Virus record (IMG/VR): IMGVR_UViG_3300045825_000261
Coordinates: 21,175-85,174 of that record
Strand: one strand, 5' to 3'
Length of the DNA: 64,000 nucleotides
Source of the DNA: a virus
The notes beneath the pieces are model-generated. The model had not been told where the DNA came from. It did no database searches and was given only the letters and a program-made list of their open reading frames with translations. A program made the position numbers and the translations under genes. Shown piece after piece: positions 39,288 through 49,200 of the stretch. The first letter of the stretch is position 1, and each line of letters begins with the position of its first letter.

Positions 39288-39560
39288 TTACGCTAAAACA
39301 TTCGCGCTCAACCACTCAGCTTCCGAACAAACAAAATTAAGCAGGTTATCGGCATAAACGTATGACCAGTTCGGTAACGGAACATCGACCACCGATTTTG
39401 CTGAAGCCATGCTGCGACTGCGTGCCGCCGATTCAGTTTCATAGGATTCAACGATGATTTGCATGTGGCACGTCGCCATATCCAAATAAAACTCAGCCGG
39501 TACATGGAAGGCAACTGAACGACCGTCTGGCAATGTCTTTGCTAAGTGTAGGATACTCAT
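39288..39560 (-). CDS. small tail-associated protein
   Basis: ATGA overlap with gpJ-like gene. Confidence 0.6.
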   Translation of the reverse strand: MSILHLAKTLPDGRSVAFHVPAEFYLDMATCHMQIIVESYETESAARSRSMASAKSVVDVPLPNWSYVYADNLLNFVCSEAEWLSANVLA

Positions 39561-42500
39561 ATCTGGTTTCCCCCTATACCCGCTTGAGCTGTATTGAATG
39601 TCGTTATCTGTGCCAATAAAGCGTTCAACGAGGCAGTCGCGGTGGTTAGAGCTGGAATATTGATAGCTGGCGTTCCTGTGGTTGCAATGCCTTGAGAGGT
39701 TAGAGCCGCCAGCAATGCTGTGTATTCTGAGCGGATTACCACGCCATTCGGGTTAAAAAATTCAATCCCCGCCATACCCGGCGCACCTGCTCCACCGGGC
39801 AGTCCACCTGCAATGTTGTGATAGCCACCGCCGCCTCCGCCGGAACCATACCCAATCCCGCCGACCCCGTAATACCCATAACCCACCCCGAAATTATCAG
39901 AGCCTATGCCTCCGCTCCCTGCGCTCGGCCCTCCAAAACTACCTGATGCGCCATTGCCTGCTAATTGATTACCGTTACTGGTTGTGCGTGCCACCCCACC
40001 AGTAACACCTGCCGCAGCAGAAACAAGTCCAGCCACTCCGGTAGCGACTGCGGATGCCCCGACCGTTAGTGTATAAGTAGCGCCGGGTGTCAAACCATTA
40101 AAAGTAGCTATAACAACCGCGCCTGCCGTTCCTCCGGCGCCATAGTAATATCCCGCCCCTATCGCCCATGATGGATTTGGATTGCCCGCCGTGCCATTTC
40201 CCCCGCCGCCAACTAGTGTCACTCGCATCGAGGTTTTATCTGCTGGTACGGTAAGTGTGTACGTGCCAGGGGTCAGGTAATTTGTTGTTATTCCGACCAA
40301 CTTAGTTATATCAACCGTACCAGCAGATAACGATCCTCCGAAAGTGCCTGTCGCACCGGTAATGTCACCAGAAAATGTTCCCCTTGCTGCGTTTAAATTT
40401 CCCGAAAATGATCCGTTGCCTGTAATTGCTAGACCGTTTCCATTTATCTGTGCAGCGGTGACGCTGCCATCAATGATCAGATTGCCGTTGATACCTACCG
40501 CACTGATGCCGCCAAGCGTACCCACCTGAAACGCTGGAATCGCACCTGTGCCGTTGGGCTGTGATATTGCAAACTTGTCACACGCAAAGATCACAGCAGA
40601 GCCCACGCCAGTTGAGCCCAGTTGCATCGCTGCATATGTTCCATTCGCTTGAGCCTTGATCGTATATGTCGCACTCAAGCCTGTTAGCGCACTGGCGTTT
40701 GCGCTAGAGGTGGTCGCAACGCCAGAAATCTGACCGGCGAGATTTGCCTGAACTGTATTTATGCTCGTTACCGCCGAGCTAATCGCGTCCGTTCTCGCCG
40801 TTGCTTCGGCGGCTATTGCTGCTGCGTTGGCTCCAGTCGATGTCGTCAATGTGCTAACTTGTGTTGCTAGAGAGTTTGTTGTTGTGGTTAGCGCGTTTTG
40901 AGCTGCCACCACGCCAGCTATGTTCGCGTCAGTCTGTGTCGCCAGCGCTTGACGAGCAAGAGACTCCGCACCGAGAGCGGTTATTGTGTTTGTTACCGAG
41001 TTTTCTGTTGCTATAAGTCGATTAGTCAGCGTGCCATTTACAGTCTGCCTTAGCGCCTCAGCGCTCAACAGCCCCGTAATCACTGCGGTTGCGGAGCTTG
41101 CTTGACTCGCAATGTAGACCGGATCAGTAATCATTGCCAATGGCGTAGCTAGACTTGAAACCATCTGACCTAAGCCAATTGACGCATTTAGTTGAGTCAG
41201 TAGTGACGTAGAGTCTAAGGTGTAAACAAGGCTCGTAGACAACCACCCAGAAAACAACCCAGATGCGTTTTTGGTGCGAATGTAGTAGTTAAATGTTCCG
41301 GCTGTCATTTGTCCAGTATGCACATACGATGTCATTGGCCAGGGCAGTGTTGTGACAATCGTTGCATCAATCTGGTTTCCGGTTGCGCTTCTCCAGACCT
41401 CAACATTGTCAGAGCTTACAACGGCAGCGCCATACATCCACGACAAGTTGATCTGAAACGACCCCTGTGCCGCCGCAAACGTAGCTATAGCTGCCGGTGG
41501 GGGCAATTGCCCCGCAGACGAGAAAGTGGCGTAGGTTGGCTGCGATGCGATTCCAAACATGTTCACGGCAACTATCGTAAACGAGTACACGCCCGCCATA
41601 GAGTTTAGCAGGTCAAATGTCGGCGTGCTTACCGATGTCGTCACTGGGTTTGTTTGGTTTGCGCCAGTTCTGCTCCATGTGACGTTGTAGTAGCTTGCCT
41701 GCCCAGTCCATGAGACAAGCAACTGAAGACCAACTGTGCCTGGAGCAACCTGATATTGCGCCTCGGCTATTGTGACATTGGTGGGCGCAACAACAAGACT
41801 GGAGTTTATTGACGAGGTTAAGGGCGCTGTCAGTATTGTGCCGCCATCTATGCTCGCGTACTTTGCGGGATTGTGTTCAACTGCGGTAATCAAATACTCC
41901 GACGCAGACTCGCTCTGACTTACTCCAATCACTCTAGCGAGAAGCGGAACCAAGTTTGCTTCGGCTATAACCCACATTGCTCCCGGCAACGGGACCTGAG
42001 TAAGTGCGGCATTCCAAGTGATACTTGCGGTAGTTACACCCTGCTGATTTATAATAACGTCTGCAAATGTCCCGTCAGGTAGTCTTATCGACATCGTAGG
42101 CACTGGACCGGCAGTCAGAGTAACTGGTGCATCTAGCGTCGCCGTTGTTGCGGTACAGGCTATCAGGCGACCGCCTAGGCGCCTCCCCGCACGGCTGGGG
42201 TCTTGAATCTTCACAACGTCGCCAGGAATACACAGCGACGAGTCTATGCCGACTCTGAATGTGATAAATGATGACTCAAACTCCTCAGTGTGAAGAATCC
42301 ACAAACCCGCTCTATGTGCCTGACCTCGTGATGTACATCCGAACGCCGTAACGTCTAACTTGCGAACACCAAGTTGCGCAATTAAGGCGGGGTTATCAAC
42401 GTACTCAATTACCTGCTTGTAATACTGGGTTGGGTCATTCCACGTCACCTGAACAACACTATGACGATCTTTGCGAGATGCGCCGGAGTAATTGAATATC

Positions 42501-43804
42501 CCGTCAACCACGTTGGCCGGAGTAAATATCATGCTTGGAGCGGTTGGCGCGTCTTGTGTAAAGTTCACCATTCCGCGCCAATACGCCATTCCTCTAAATG
42601 CTGACGAAATGTCGGAGATTATCTTGTACGCATCCGCCTGTGTTTGAATTGCAGTATTGATGGTGAAGCGCGGCTCAAGACTTCCAAATCCGTCACTTAC
42701 CATCCCGTCGCAATACATTCCTATCTGATACAGTGCAGAAACATTCACGTTGGCTGGAGTAATGTACTGACCGAGACCGTATCTGGTCTCGGTCAGTAGG
42801 TCGTACATGATCCAAGCGGGGTTACTTGTGATCGCCATCTTAAATGTGCCGTTCCATATTCCGGTATAAACTGCCGGCGTCCATACGCCAGCGGCCGACA
42901 TATTTGGCGGCGTATAGTTGCTTGGAACTTTGATGTATAGCCCATTCACCATATAGCTGCGAACGGGGATTGAGCTAAATTCCTGAGAGTTCAGCGTCAT
43001 GCCGATCAGCGCAGAGTTCGGATACGAAAGCTGCGAATTTACAATTTCAACATAGTCGGAGAAGTGAATGTCGTTTGATAGGTTCGATAGAAGACTGTTA
43101 GGCGTAATTCTGGTCATCGCTATGTTCCAGAATGTTGCCGCAGCACCGCCTGCGCCAGTCTTCGGCAAGGCGTACTGGTATGCCGCTTGGTATGTCGAAC
43201 TAACTTTTCCTGAAATCGTTAATACGTCAGACAGCGGGGCGTATGCCCCTCCATTCACCGACACCTCAAACTTAAACTGAACAGTTGTGCCGCTCACGTT
43301 TCCGTTTGTCGTGTCCTGAAACATCAACGATGGCGTTGAAACTATAAGCCTTACCGCATCTACGTTTGGATTGGTTATCGACACAACGACCGGAGCTTGG
43401 CCCTGAGTCACCTTCGTTCCAAGAACGTGCGGCGTCTCTACGTCAGAAAATCCGGTAACTGGTAACTGTGCCTGTTGACCATCACGGAAGTCATAAGCAA
43501 AACCAGTCGGCGTCGATAGAGCTACTCCAGTGGTCGGGTCGATTGTTTGTATTGAAAAGTTCCAGCTTCCGTCTGAGTTTTGAACTGGCGTGTTGTTGAA
43601 GAAAATTGACTGAGCGCCAGCAACCAGACCCCCAATCTGCCCTTCGCCTATCAAATCCAGAACAGAAATCATCGCATGTGAACGAAGGTTGTCTGCCGCA
43701 ACTACCGCGCCACCTCCGCTACCGCCCGCCTTACCAGCGCCGCCAGAGCCGGCGATAGTCAACAGCTCTTCATCCGTAACTCCAAGATCAATATCGCTGC
43801 TCAT
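39557..43804 (-). CDS. central tail fibre / tip protein (lambda gpJ-like)
   Basis: DLIGEGQIGGL, YPNSAL, SNPAW, EPRF, AFGCTSRGQAHRAG; Gly-rich C-terminal domain. Confidence 0.92.
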   Translation of the reverse strand: MSSDIDLGVTDEELLTIAGSGGAGKAGGSGGGAVVAADNLRSHAMISVLDLIGEGQIGGLVAGAQSIFFNNTPVQNSDGSWNFSIQTIDPTTGVALSTPTGFAYDFRDGQQAQLPVTGFSDVETPHVLGTKVTQGQAPVVVSITNPNVDAVRLIVSTPSLMFQDTTNGNVSGTTVQFKFEVSVNGGAYAPLSDVLTISGKVSSTYQAAYQYALPKTGAGGAAATFWNIAMTRITPNSLLSNLSNDIHFSDYVEIVNSQLSYPNSALIGMTLNSQEFSSIPVRSYMVNGLYIKVPSNYTPPNMSAAGVWTPAVYTGIWNGTFKMAITSNPAWIMYDLLTETRYGLGQYITPANVNVSALYQIGMYCDGMVSDGFGSLEPRFTINTAIQTQADAYKIISDISSAFRGMAYWRGMVNFTQDAPTAPSMIFTPANVVDGIFNYSGASRKDRHSVVQVTWNDPTQYYKQVIEYVDNPALIAQLGVRKLDVTAFGCTSRGQAHRAGLWILHTEEFESSFITFRVGIDSSLCIPGDVVKIQDPSRAGRRLGGRLIACTATTATLDAPVTLTAGPVPTMSIRLPDGTFADVIINQQGVTTASITWNAALTQVPLPGAMWVIAEANLVPLLARVIGVSQSESASEYLITAVEHNPAKYASIDGGTILTAPLTSSINSSLVVAPTNVTIAEAQYQVAPGTVGLQLLVSWTGQASYYNVTWSRTGANQTNPVTTSVSTPTFDLLNSMAGVYSFTIVAVNMFGIASQPTYATFSSAGQLPPPAAIATFAAAQGSFQINLSWMYGAAVVSSDNVEVWRSATGNQIDATIVTTLPWPMTSYVHTGQMTAGTFNYYIRTKNASGLFSGWLSTSLVYTLDSTSLLTQLNASIGLGQMVSSLATPLAMITDPVYIASQASSATAVITGLLSAEALRQTVNGTLTNRLIATENSVTNTITALGAESLARQALATQTDANIAGVVAAQNALTTTTNSLATQVSTLTTSTGANAAAIAAEATARTDAISSAVTSINTVQANLAGQISGVATTSSANASALTGLSATYTIKAQANGTYAAMQLGSTGVGSAVIFACDKFAISQPNGTGAIPAFQVGTLGGISAVGINGNLIIDGSVTAAQINGNGLAITGNGSFSGNLNAARGTFSGDITGATGTFGGSLSAGTVDITKLVGITTNYLTPGTYTLTVPADKTSMRVTLVGGGGNGTAGNPNPSWAIGAGYYYGAGGTAGAVVIATFNGLTPGATYTLTVGASAVATGVAGLVSAAAGVTGGVARTTSNGNQLAGNGASGSFGGPSAGSGGIGSDNFGVGYGYYGVGGIGYGSGGGGGGYHNIAGGLPGGAGAPGMAGIEFFNPNGVVIRSEYTALLAALTSQGIATTGTPAINIPALTTATASLNALLAQITTFNTAQAGIGGNQI

Positions 43805-43805
43805 A

Positions 43806-44477
43806 CTATGCCCCTGGACGAATTAGTGACGCTGCTACAATTCCAATCGCCAGCGCTGTTGATCCGCTACCGCTTGATGTCTGTTGAATTACTTGAGCGA
43901 CCGTCAACGCGGCAGATATACAATTTGAACCAACGAGCGTTCTGCCGTAGATCAGTTGAACTGGAGCGCCCTGACCTACCGTGTTCACAGGCCCATTAAA
44001 GTAGTGTGATGTCGCGGTAGGATTACTTGCTACGGGAGACAGAGAGTTCGCAACGCCCGCCATCAGCAGAGATGCCCCCATCATGCCGACCGACAGCGCC
44101 GTACTCGCACTCATAGACATTCCTGCGATTCCTGGCCCTAGTGGGCCAAGCAAGCACGCCGAAGCTATCAAAGCGATTCCCAAAATCGACTTACTAGCAC
44201 CTCCAGAGCCCGCGATAATCGGCACGAAGCGAATCTGCTTAACTCGCATATTCATCTTAAAGTCTGCCTCTGTAATTTCCTCATCGGAGTCGTCGGCTCT
44301 GGTGCAGATTACGGTATAGTTTGGATACTCTCCCAAATTATCTCTAATCCAATGAAACAAATGCGGCTTGTTTGCGTTGATCAGATTAAGGGCGTCACTT
44401 GGCGTCTGAACACTAAGCTCCCATTCGCGCCCAAACTCCTTACCCATTGGCCCTTCCAAAATAACTTTCGTAAGCAT
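43806..44477 (-). CDS. tail assembly protein I-like
   Basis: FGRE..L.VQTP, FNGPVNTVGQGAPVQLIYG. Confidence 0.9.
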   Translation of the reverse strand: MLTKVILEGPMGKEFGREWELSVQTPSDALNLINANKPHLFHWIRDNLGEYPNYTVICTRADDSDEEITEADFKMNMRVKQIRFVPIIAGSGGASKSILGIALIASACLLGPLGPGIAGMSMSASTALSVGMMGASLLMAGVANSLSPVASNPTATSHYFNGPVNTVGQGAPVQLIYGRTLVGSNCISAALTVAQVIQQTSSGSGSTALAIGIVAASLIRPGA

Positions 44478-45208
44478 TACTTGCCCTTAAGCCGTAAATG
44501 ATGCGTTGTGTGCTTCAGGTACATTCCGCCGTATATCTCTTCGCGAGATAGTCTTTGTGCCGAGTGGTGAAGCATCATTCCGTTGCCGAGATATATTGCC
44601 AAATGATTCGATTCGTGACTGCCGATTTGCATTATAAATAAGTCACCTTTGACTGGCTCACTTCCGCAAACTGATTCAAATCCCTCTTTCTCATATCTGC
44701 TCGCGAAAAATGTGTACCCCGGCGTGCCATCAGCTTCGGTTCTTGGGTAGTCGCTTATTTCTACGCCGTATTCGCGCTTGTAAAAATCGCGCACAAGAGA
44801 AAAGCAATCGAATACCCCAGATACATAAGGTCGCTCCAAATATGGCATTTCAAAGTCATTTGGAGTGAGTTTTTCAAGATCGCTGAATACAAACGCGCCA
44901 TCGCGTTTGTACACACTTACGATGTACCAAGGCATTCCGCTATTGCTGCATCCGACAATATCTGCCTGCGATGGTGTTGAGGGCTCTTCAACATGGGTAT
45001 GCCAAACACCAATAACCTCACCAACATCACATGCAACCACATAGTCGTTAATGTCGATAATGAAATTGTTTCTCTTGTCTTCAGCGGTGTTTTTGCACGC
45101 TATTGCGACACTTTTTTTCTTGCCAAACTTAACAACCAGACCACAAGCTTCGTTGGGGTACTGGACCTCACCTTCGGTGCGAATTGACTCAAGCAAATTA
45201 TTGCCCAT
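44477..45208 (-). CDS. tail assembly protein K-like (JAB + NlpC/P60)
   Basis: YPNEACG, HTH..PSQAD, DCFSLVRD, NHLAIY..MLHH. Confidence 0.92.
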   Translation of the reverse strand: MGNNLLESIRTEGEVQYPNEACGLVVKFGKKKSVAIACKNTAEDKRNNFIIDINDYVVACDVGEVIGVWHTHVEEPSTPSQADIVGCSNSGMPWYIVSVYKRDGAFVFSDLEKLTPNDFEMPYLERPYVSGVFDCFSLVRDFYKREYGVEISDYPRTEADGTPGYTFFASRYEKEGFESVCGSEPVKGDLFIMQIGSHESNHLAIYLGNGMMLHHSAQRLSREEIYGGMYLKHTTHHLRLKGK

Positions 45209-45893
45209 ATCTAAGCGCTCCTGGAAAACCGCCATACGGCAATGGGCCTGTCGGGTGTCTGATTTTGCACGAACTCAGCCGCTTCGAGCAGAAGTCGTTC
45301 ACCTGAGTTGTCGGCGTATCGTTGGTGGTAAAGTACGATACCCCCGCATACCCACACTCCGCGCTCCTGTACGTCCAAGTACAGCAGTTTTGCACAACCT
45401 GACGAAATGGAAGTCTTACGCCCTGCACGTCTAACGAAGAGGACAATTCCCACTCGATTATGTATTTGTTTTCCGACATCTTCATGTCGATAATCCAAGT
45501 ATCATCAGAAAAGAACTGAGTTGGGTCTGCCGCTGGATTTACTCCACCTGGGAAATTTGCAGCGTCAAGGTATCTTGCAAATGTGCGTTTTCTTGTCACC
45601 TTGCACCCGATAAGATCGGCGTTTGCAGCAACTAATGACGAGAACATGCCGTTCACATTCGCCACACGCACTCGCGGTCTTGGCAAAGTTCCCTTTGTAG
45701 ACATGTCGAAACCGCTCGCCTCGATAGGCAGAGCGGAATACGTCGCGCCCTGCCATATTACTGGCTGAGTAAGCCCATTGGTTCCCGCGTGAAAATACGA
45801 TATTACTCCGCCAGGAATGTTCGTCATGTCAAGAACGAAAAGCTCCATGATCGCAGATGGAGACATTGATTGAATTTCAGAAATGATAACCAT
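45198..45893 (-). CDS. minor tail protein L-like
   Basis: RKRTFARYLDAANF; C.W.YR..ECGY, C.K.LS.C, YGGFPG. Confidence 0.93.
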   Translation of the reverse strand: MVIISEIQSMSPSAIMELFVLDMTNIPGGVISYFHAGTNGLTQPVIWQGATYSALPIEASGFDMSTKGTLPRPRVRVANVNGMFSSLVAANADLIGCKVTRKRTFARYLDAANFPGGVNPAADPTQFFSDDTWIIDMKMSENKYIIEWELSSSLDVQGVRLPFRQVVQNCCTWTYRSAECGYAGVSYFTTNDTPTTQVNDFCSKRLSSCKIRHPTGPLPYGGFPGALRYGQ

Positions 45894-46231
45894 TAGAACT
45901 CAAACACCTGATCGAAAACGCAATTCAACTCAAACACCCCAAACATCGTCTGCGCCATGTCCCACTCTCTGCAAACGTAAACGGCTGTAACGTTGTATGT
46001 GTCCGTCCAAGTAAATGCGGTGGTTGCCGCCTGCGTCTCAAGAAACGCAAATATCAATGACGCCTCTGCATAGTTTCTCGTAAAGCGCAGCATCCACTTT
46101 GCCGGCGATGTGTTTATACCAATCGGAACACGAACCTCATACCCGTCGCCAAACTTGGTCGGCTTTACGCTTGGTTTTGAGATTCGTCTCGCGCCCAAGT
46201 CTGGGTTCCATGTAAATATAGGTTTAGCCAT
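45893..46231 (-). CDS. minor tail protein M-like
   Basis: FGDGYE..GIN..W..F, FDQVF. Confidence 0.9.
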   Translation of the reverse strand: MAKPIFTWNPDLGARRISKPSVKPTKFGDGYEVRVPIGINTSPAKWMLRFTRNYAEASLIFAFLETQAATTAFTWTDTYNVTAVYVCREWDMAQTMFGVFELNCVFDQVFEF

Positions 46232-46255
46232 GTCTAATAATACCTCACCTGTGAC

Positions 46256-49200
46256 TTACTTGTAAAGAAGTCCGCCTGGCCTTAATTGGCTTACCATCTC
46301 TTGACGAACAAGCGCCGATATGTTCGCTGCAAGATTGTTCATCTTTGTCGCCGTGTTTCCGGCTGGTTGCGACGATGTTGCTGTCGCGTCGCCGCCCGCC
46401 GCTTGGTTTACAATGATAGATATGTTTATCGCCTGTCCGCCCTGCTTTGACGAGCTTGTTGCTGACGCCGCCCCCTTCATCGTTACGGGTATGCTGCGCC
46501 CGTCGGGAAGGGGAACATAAGCTTCTGGGCCAGCTTCGCCGAACATAGCCAGTTGTGGAGAGTTAGCTATGCCTCCGGTAGCGTACTTCTTCAACTCGAC
46601 TTGCCCAAAGTTAGTCATGATGCCGCCATTTGCGAATGGTATTGTTGAAATTAACCCATCAATACCCATCGGCCCCATAATGCTGCCGCCTGCCGACGCC
46701 GCGCCTGCCGACGCCGCGCCCGTTCCGCCACCCATAAGACCGCCAAGTAGACCGCCACCTCCACCGCCACCTCCACCGCCAGATGCGGCTATAGATGCCG
46801 CTGCGCTTGTCGCTGCTGCCGCAAGATTTGTCAGAGAAAGAGTCGCTGCCTGCTCCGCAGACATTCTTGTAGTCATACCTGCGACTTCAGAAGCGCCCTT
46901 TACCGCAACATCAACCGCAGACTTCGCCATGCCGTCCGTTGCCGTCTTCGCTCCGAAGATTGAAGACAAGAATCCGCCAACTGTTGTCTTTGCCTTGTCC
47001 AGTGCTTGAGCAAGCATACCTGCGGGGGCTGTCGCCGCATTTGCAATCGTCGCTGCCGGACTAACACCCTGAACCGTCACAAGTGGATTTTGCGCTGTGC
47101 CGTCTGGCTTCGATGGCCCCTTGTTTCCAGAAAGCAAAGCTCCAAGACCAGATGTTTGATCAAGGCCAAATATCTTGGAAACGCCTCCACCAATCATATT
47201 TGCCGCTCCGCCAACTAGGTCACCAGTTGCGCGGTGCAACAGCATGTTGCTGGTGTCCGTAGCCATGCCTGCGAGCGTACCGCGAGCCATAGTGCCCATC
47301 TGCCTTCCGGTCATTCTTGTTCCGTTTGCGTTTCTGCCCTGAACCATGCGCTCAAGGTCGGTCATCATCGCGCTTCCCCACTTAGCCTTTAGACCGTTAA
47401 TTTCATCCATCGAGTTTTTCCAAGTTACAACCTGATGGTCGAGCGCGGTCTTTTGCATTTGCGCTTTTTGCTTCTCTGCATTCTCTTCGTATTTTTTAAG
47501 ATTATCCTTAAGCATGGTTGTGTCTGCGCCAAGACGCTTTAGCTCTTCGATATGCTTTTTTGTAAGATCGACTGCCTCTTTTGTGTCTTCTTCAAACTTC
47601 TTTACCGCTTTAGATTCTTTGCTCAAAACGGAACTGCCATCCCACTCTTCTGGCTTTTTCTGATCTGTGAGCATTTTGCCAAGTCGAAGCTGCGCGGACG
47701 CAAGCGTTTGATTGCTTAGCGCCTCACCTTTTTCGCGCAAATAATCTGCATTCTTATCGAGGCCAGGAGCGTCCTTTTCCCTGCGGGCTAGGTCGCGCTC
47801 TAGCGCAACAAGCGCGGCGTCTCTGTGGTCTTTTCCGCCAGACGCAAGAAATGTCGATGATTCTGCTGCGGATACTTTTGACGCTGCCGAAAGCTCACCT
47901 GCCGATTTGAGACCTTTGGCAATGTCGACTGCTTGCTGTTGTTGCGCATAGGCGGCCATCGCCTTTTGAGCAACAGCACCTTCTGTTGTCCACTTCCCAC
48001 CAATCTTGATTCGCTTTTGGCTGTTTAGATCAACGTCTTCTTCGCCCAAAGGATTGTTTTTGTCATACTCGCGATCGTTCTTCCAGACCTCTTTGCCGCC
48101 CTTTTTCTCGTAGTGACCTTTGCGAAGACGACGATTTCTCGGGTCGCCACCGTCGTCCATATTGCCCGCGAGCAACTGTGCCTTGAAGTTTGCTTCGGCC
48201 CTTTTCTCGTAGGTGTCTGCACCTGTCGCAAGTGATTGAAGCTTTAATTGTGAAACCTCATTTTTGCCTGTCGCAATTGAAGCAAACTTAATCAGCCCGT
48301 CCTCAAACTCGCGTGGCTTTTTCTTAAGGTCGTCGGCAATCTTAAACCCGCCAGATGTATCGACCTCTGAGTGCTTTATCTTTTCTTTTGCAGCGTCTAT
48401 TTTATCTTTTGTGGTTTTGAACTCCGTCAATCTCTTTTCTTCCTTCTTGCCCTCAGAAGATTCCTTGTAGCCCTTTTTGTTCTTAAGCTTTTCCTGATGC
48501 GCTGTCTGATCAATTTTGAACTGAACTGACTCTTTTTTGCTTACCTCGTCAATTCGCTTATTTTCTTTGGCAAGCTCCTCGTTATTCTTTTGCATCAAAG
48601 CGTTTTTCCGCTCCTGCATCTCTAGAGAGCGCTCCTGCAATGCAAGCGTTGCCGTCTCTGTCTTCAGAATTCTGTCAGCTTCGTCAATCTTCTTTTGACC
48701 CTCAACTTTAAAGTTAAGCAAGCCACCTTCCAAAACGCCCTTACCCGCCCTCTCTACTTCCTTAGAGCCTTTCTCTCTTAACTCCTTCGCTTCTGCAATT
48801 CTCTTCTCGGTTTCGGTCTTGTCTTTAACCGTACTCATTCCTGCCGCTGCGCGTTCTGCGCGACCAACCGCATCCTCCGCCTTTTGAGCAGCTTCTTCCG
48901 CAGCATTGCCCCAGTTAGACCACGCGAGCAAACCAATGCCGAGAGCGGTGGTTATAAGCCCGATTGGGCCGCCTAACAGCATCATTGCTCGACTAAGCAC
49001 GCCTGTCGCTACCGTCATTCCCCCTTGGGCCACCGCCGCTGCTGTTGTTGTTGCCGCAACCGTAGCGGTTCCTCCAGCAGCGATCGTTGCGGCAGAAGCC
49101 TGAGCCCTCAGCCCCATCGCTGCGGAAAGACTTGTGCGAGTCATCGCGGTTTCACCTACGGCCGCCGTGGTTGCCGATGTGGCAACTGCGGTATTTGCGA

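Noticed and set aside
39557-40300. Diversity-generating retroelement or invertible tail-fibre cassette
   Set aside because: No reverse transcriptase, invertase or duplicated template region noticed in the window.
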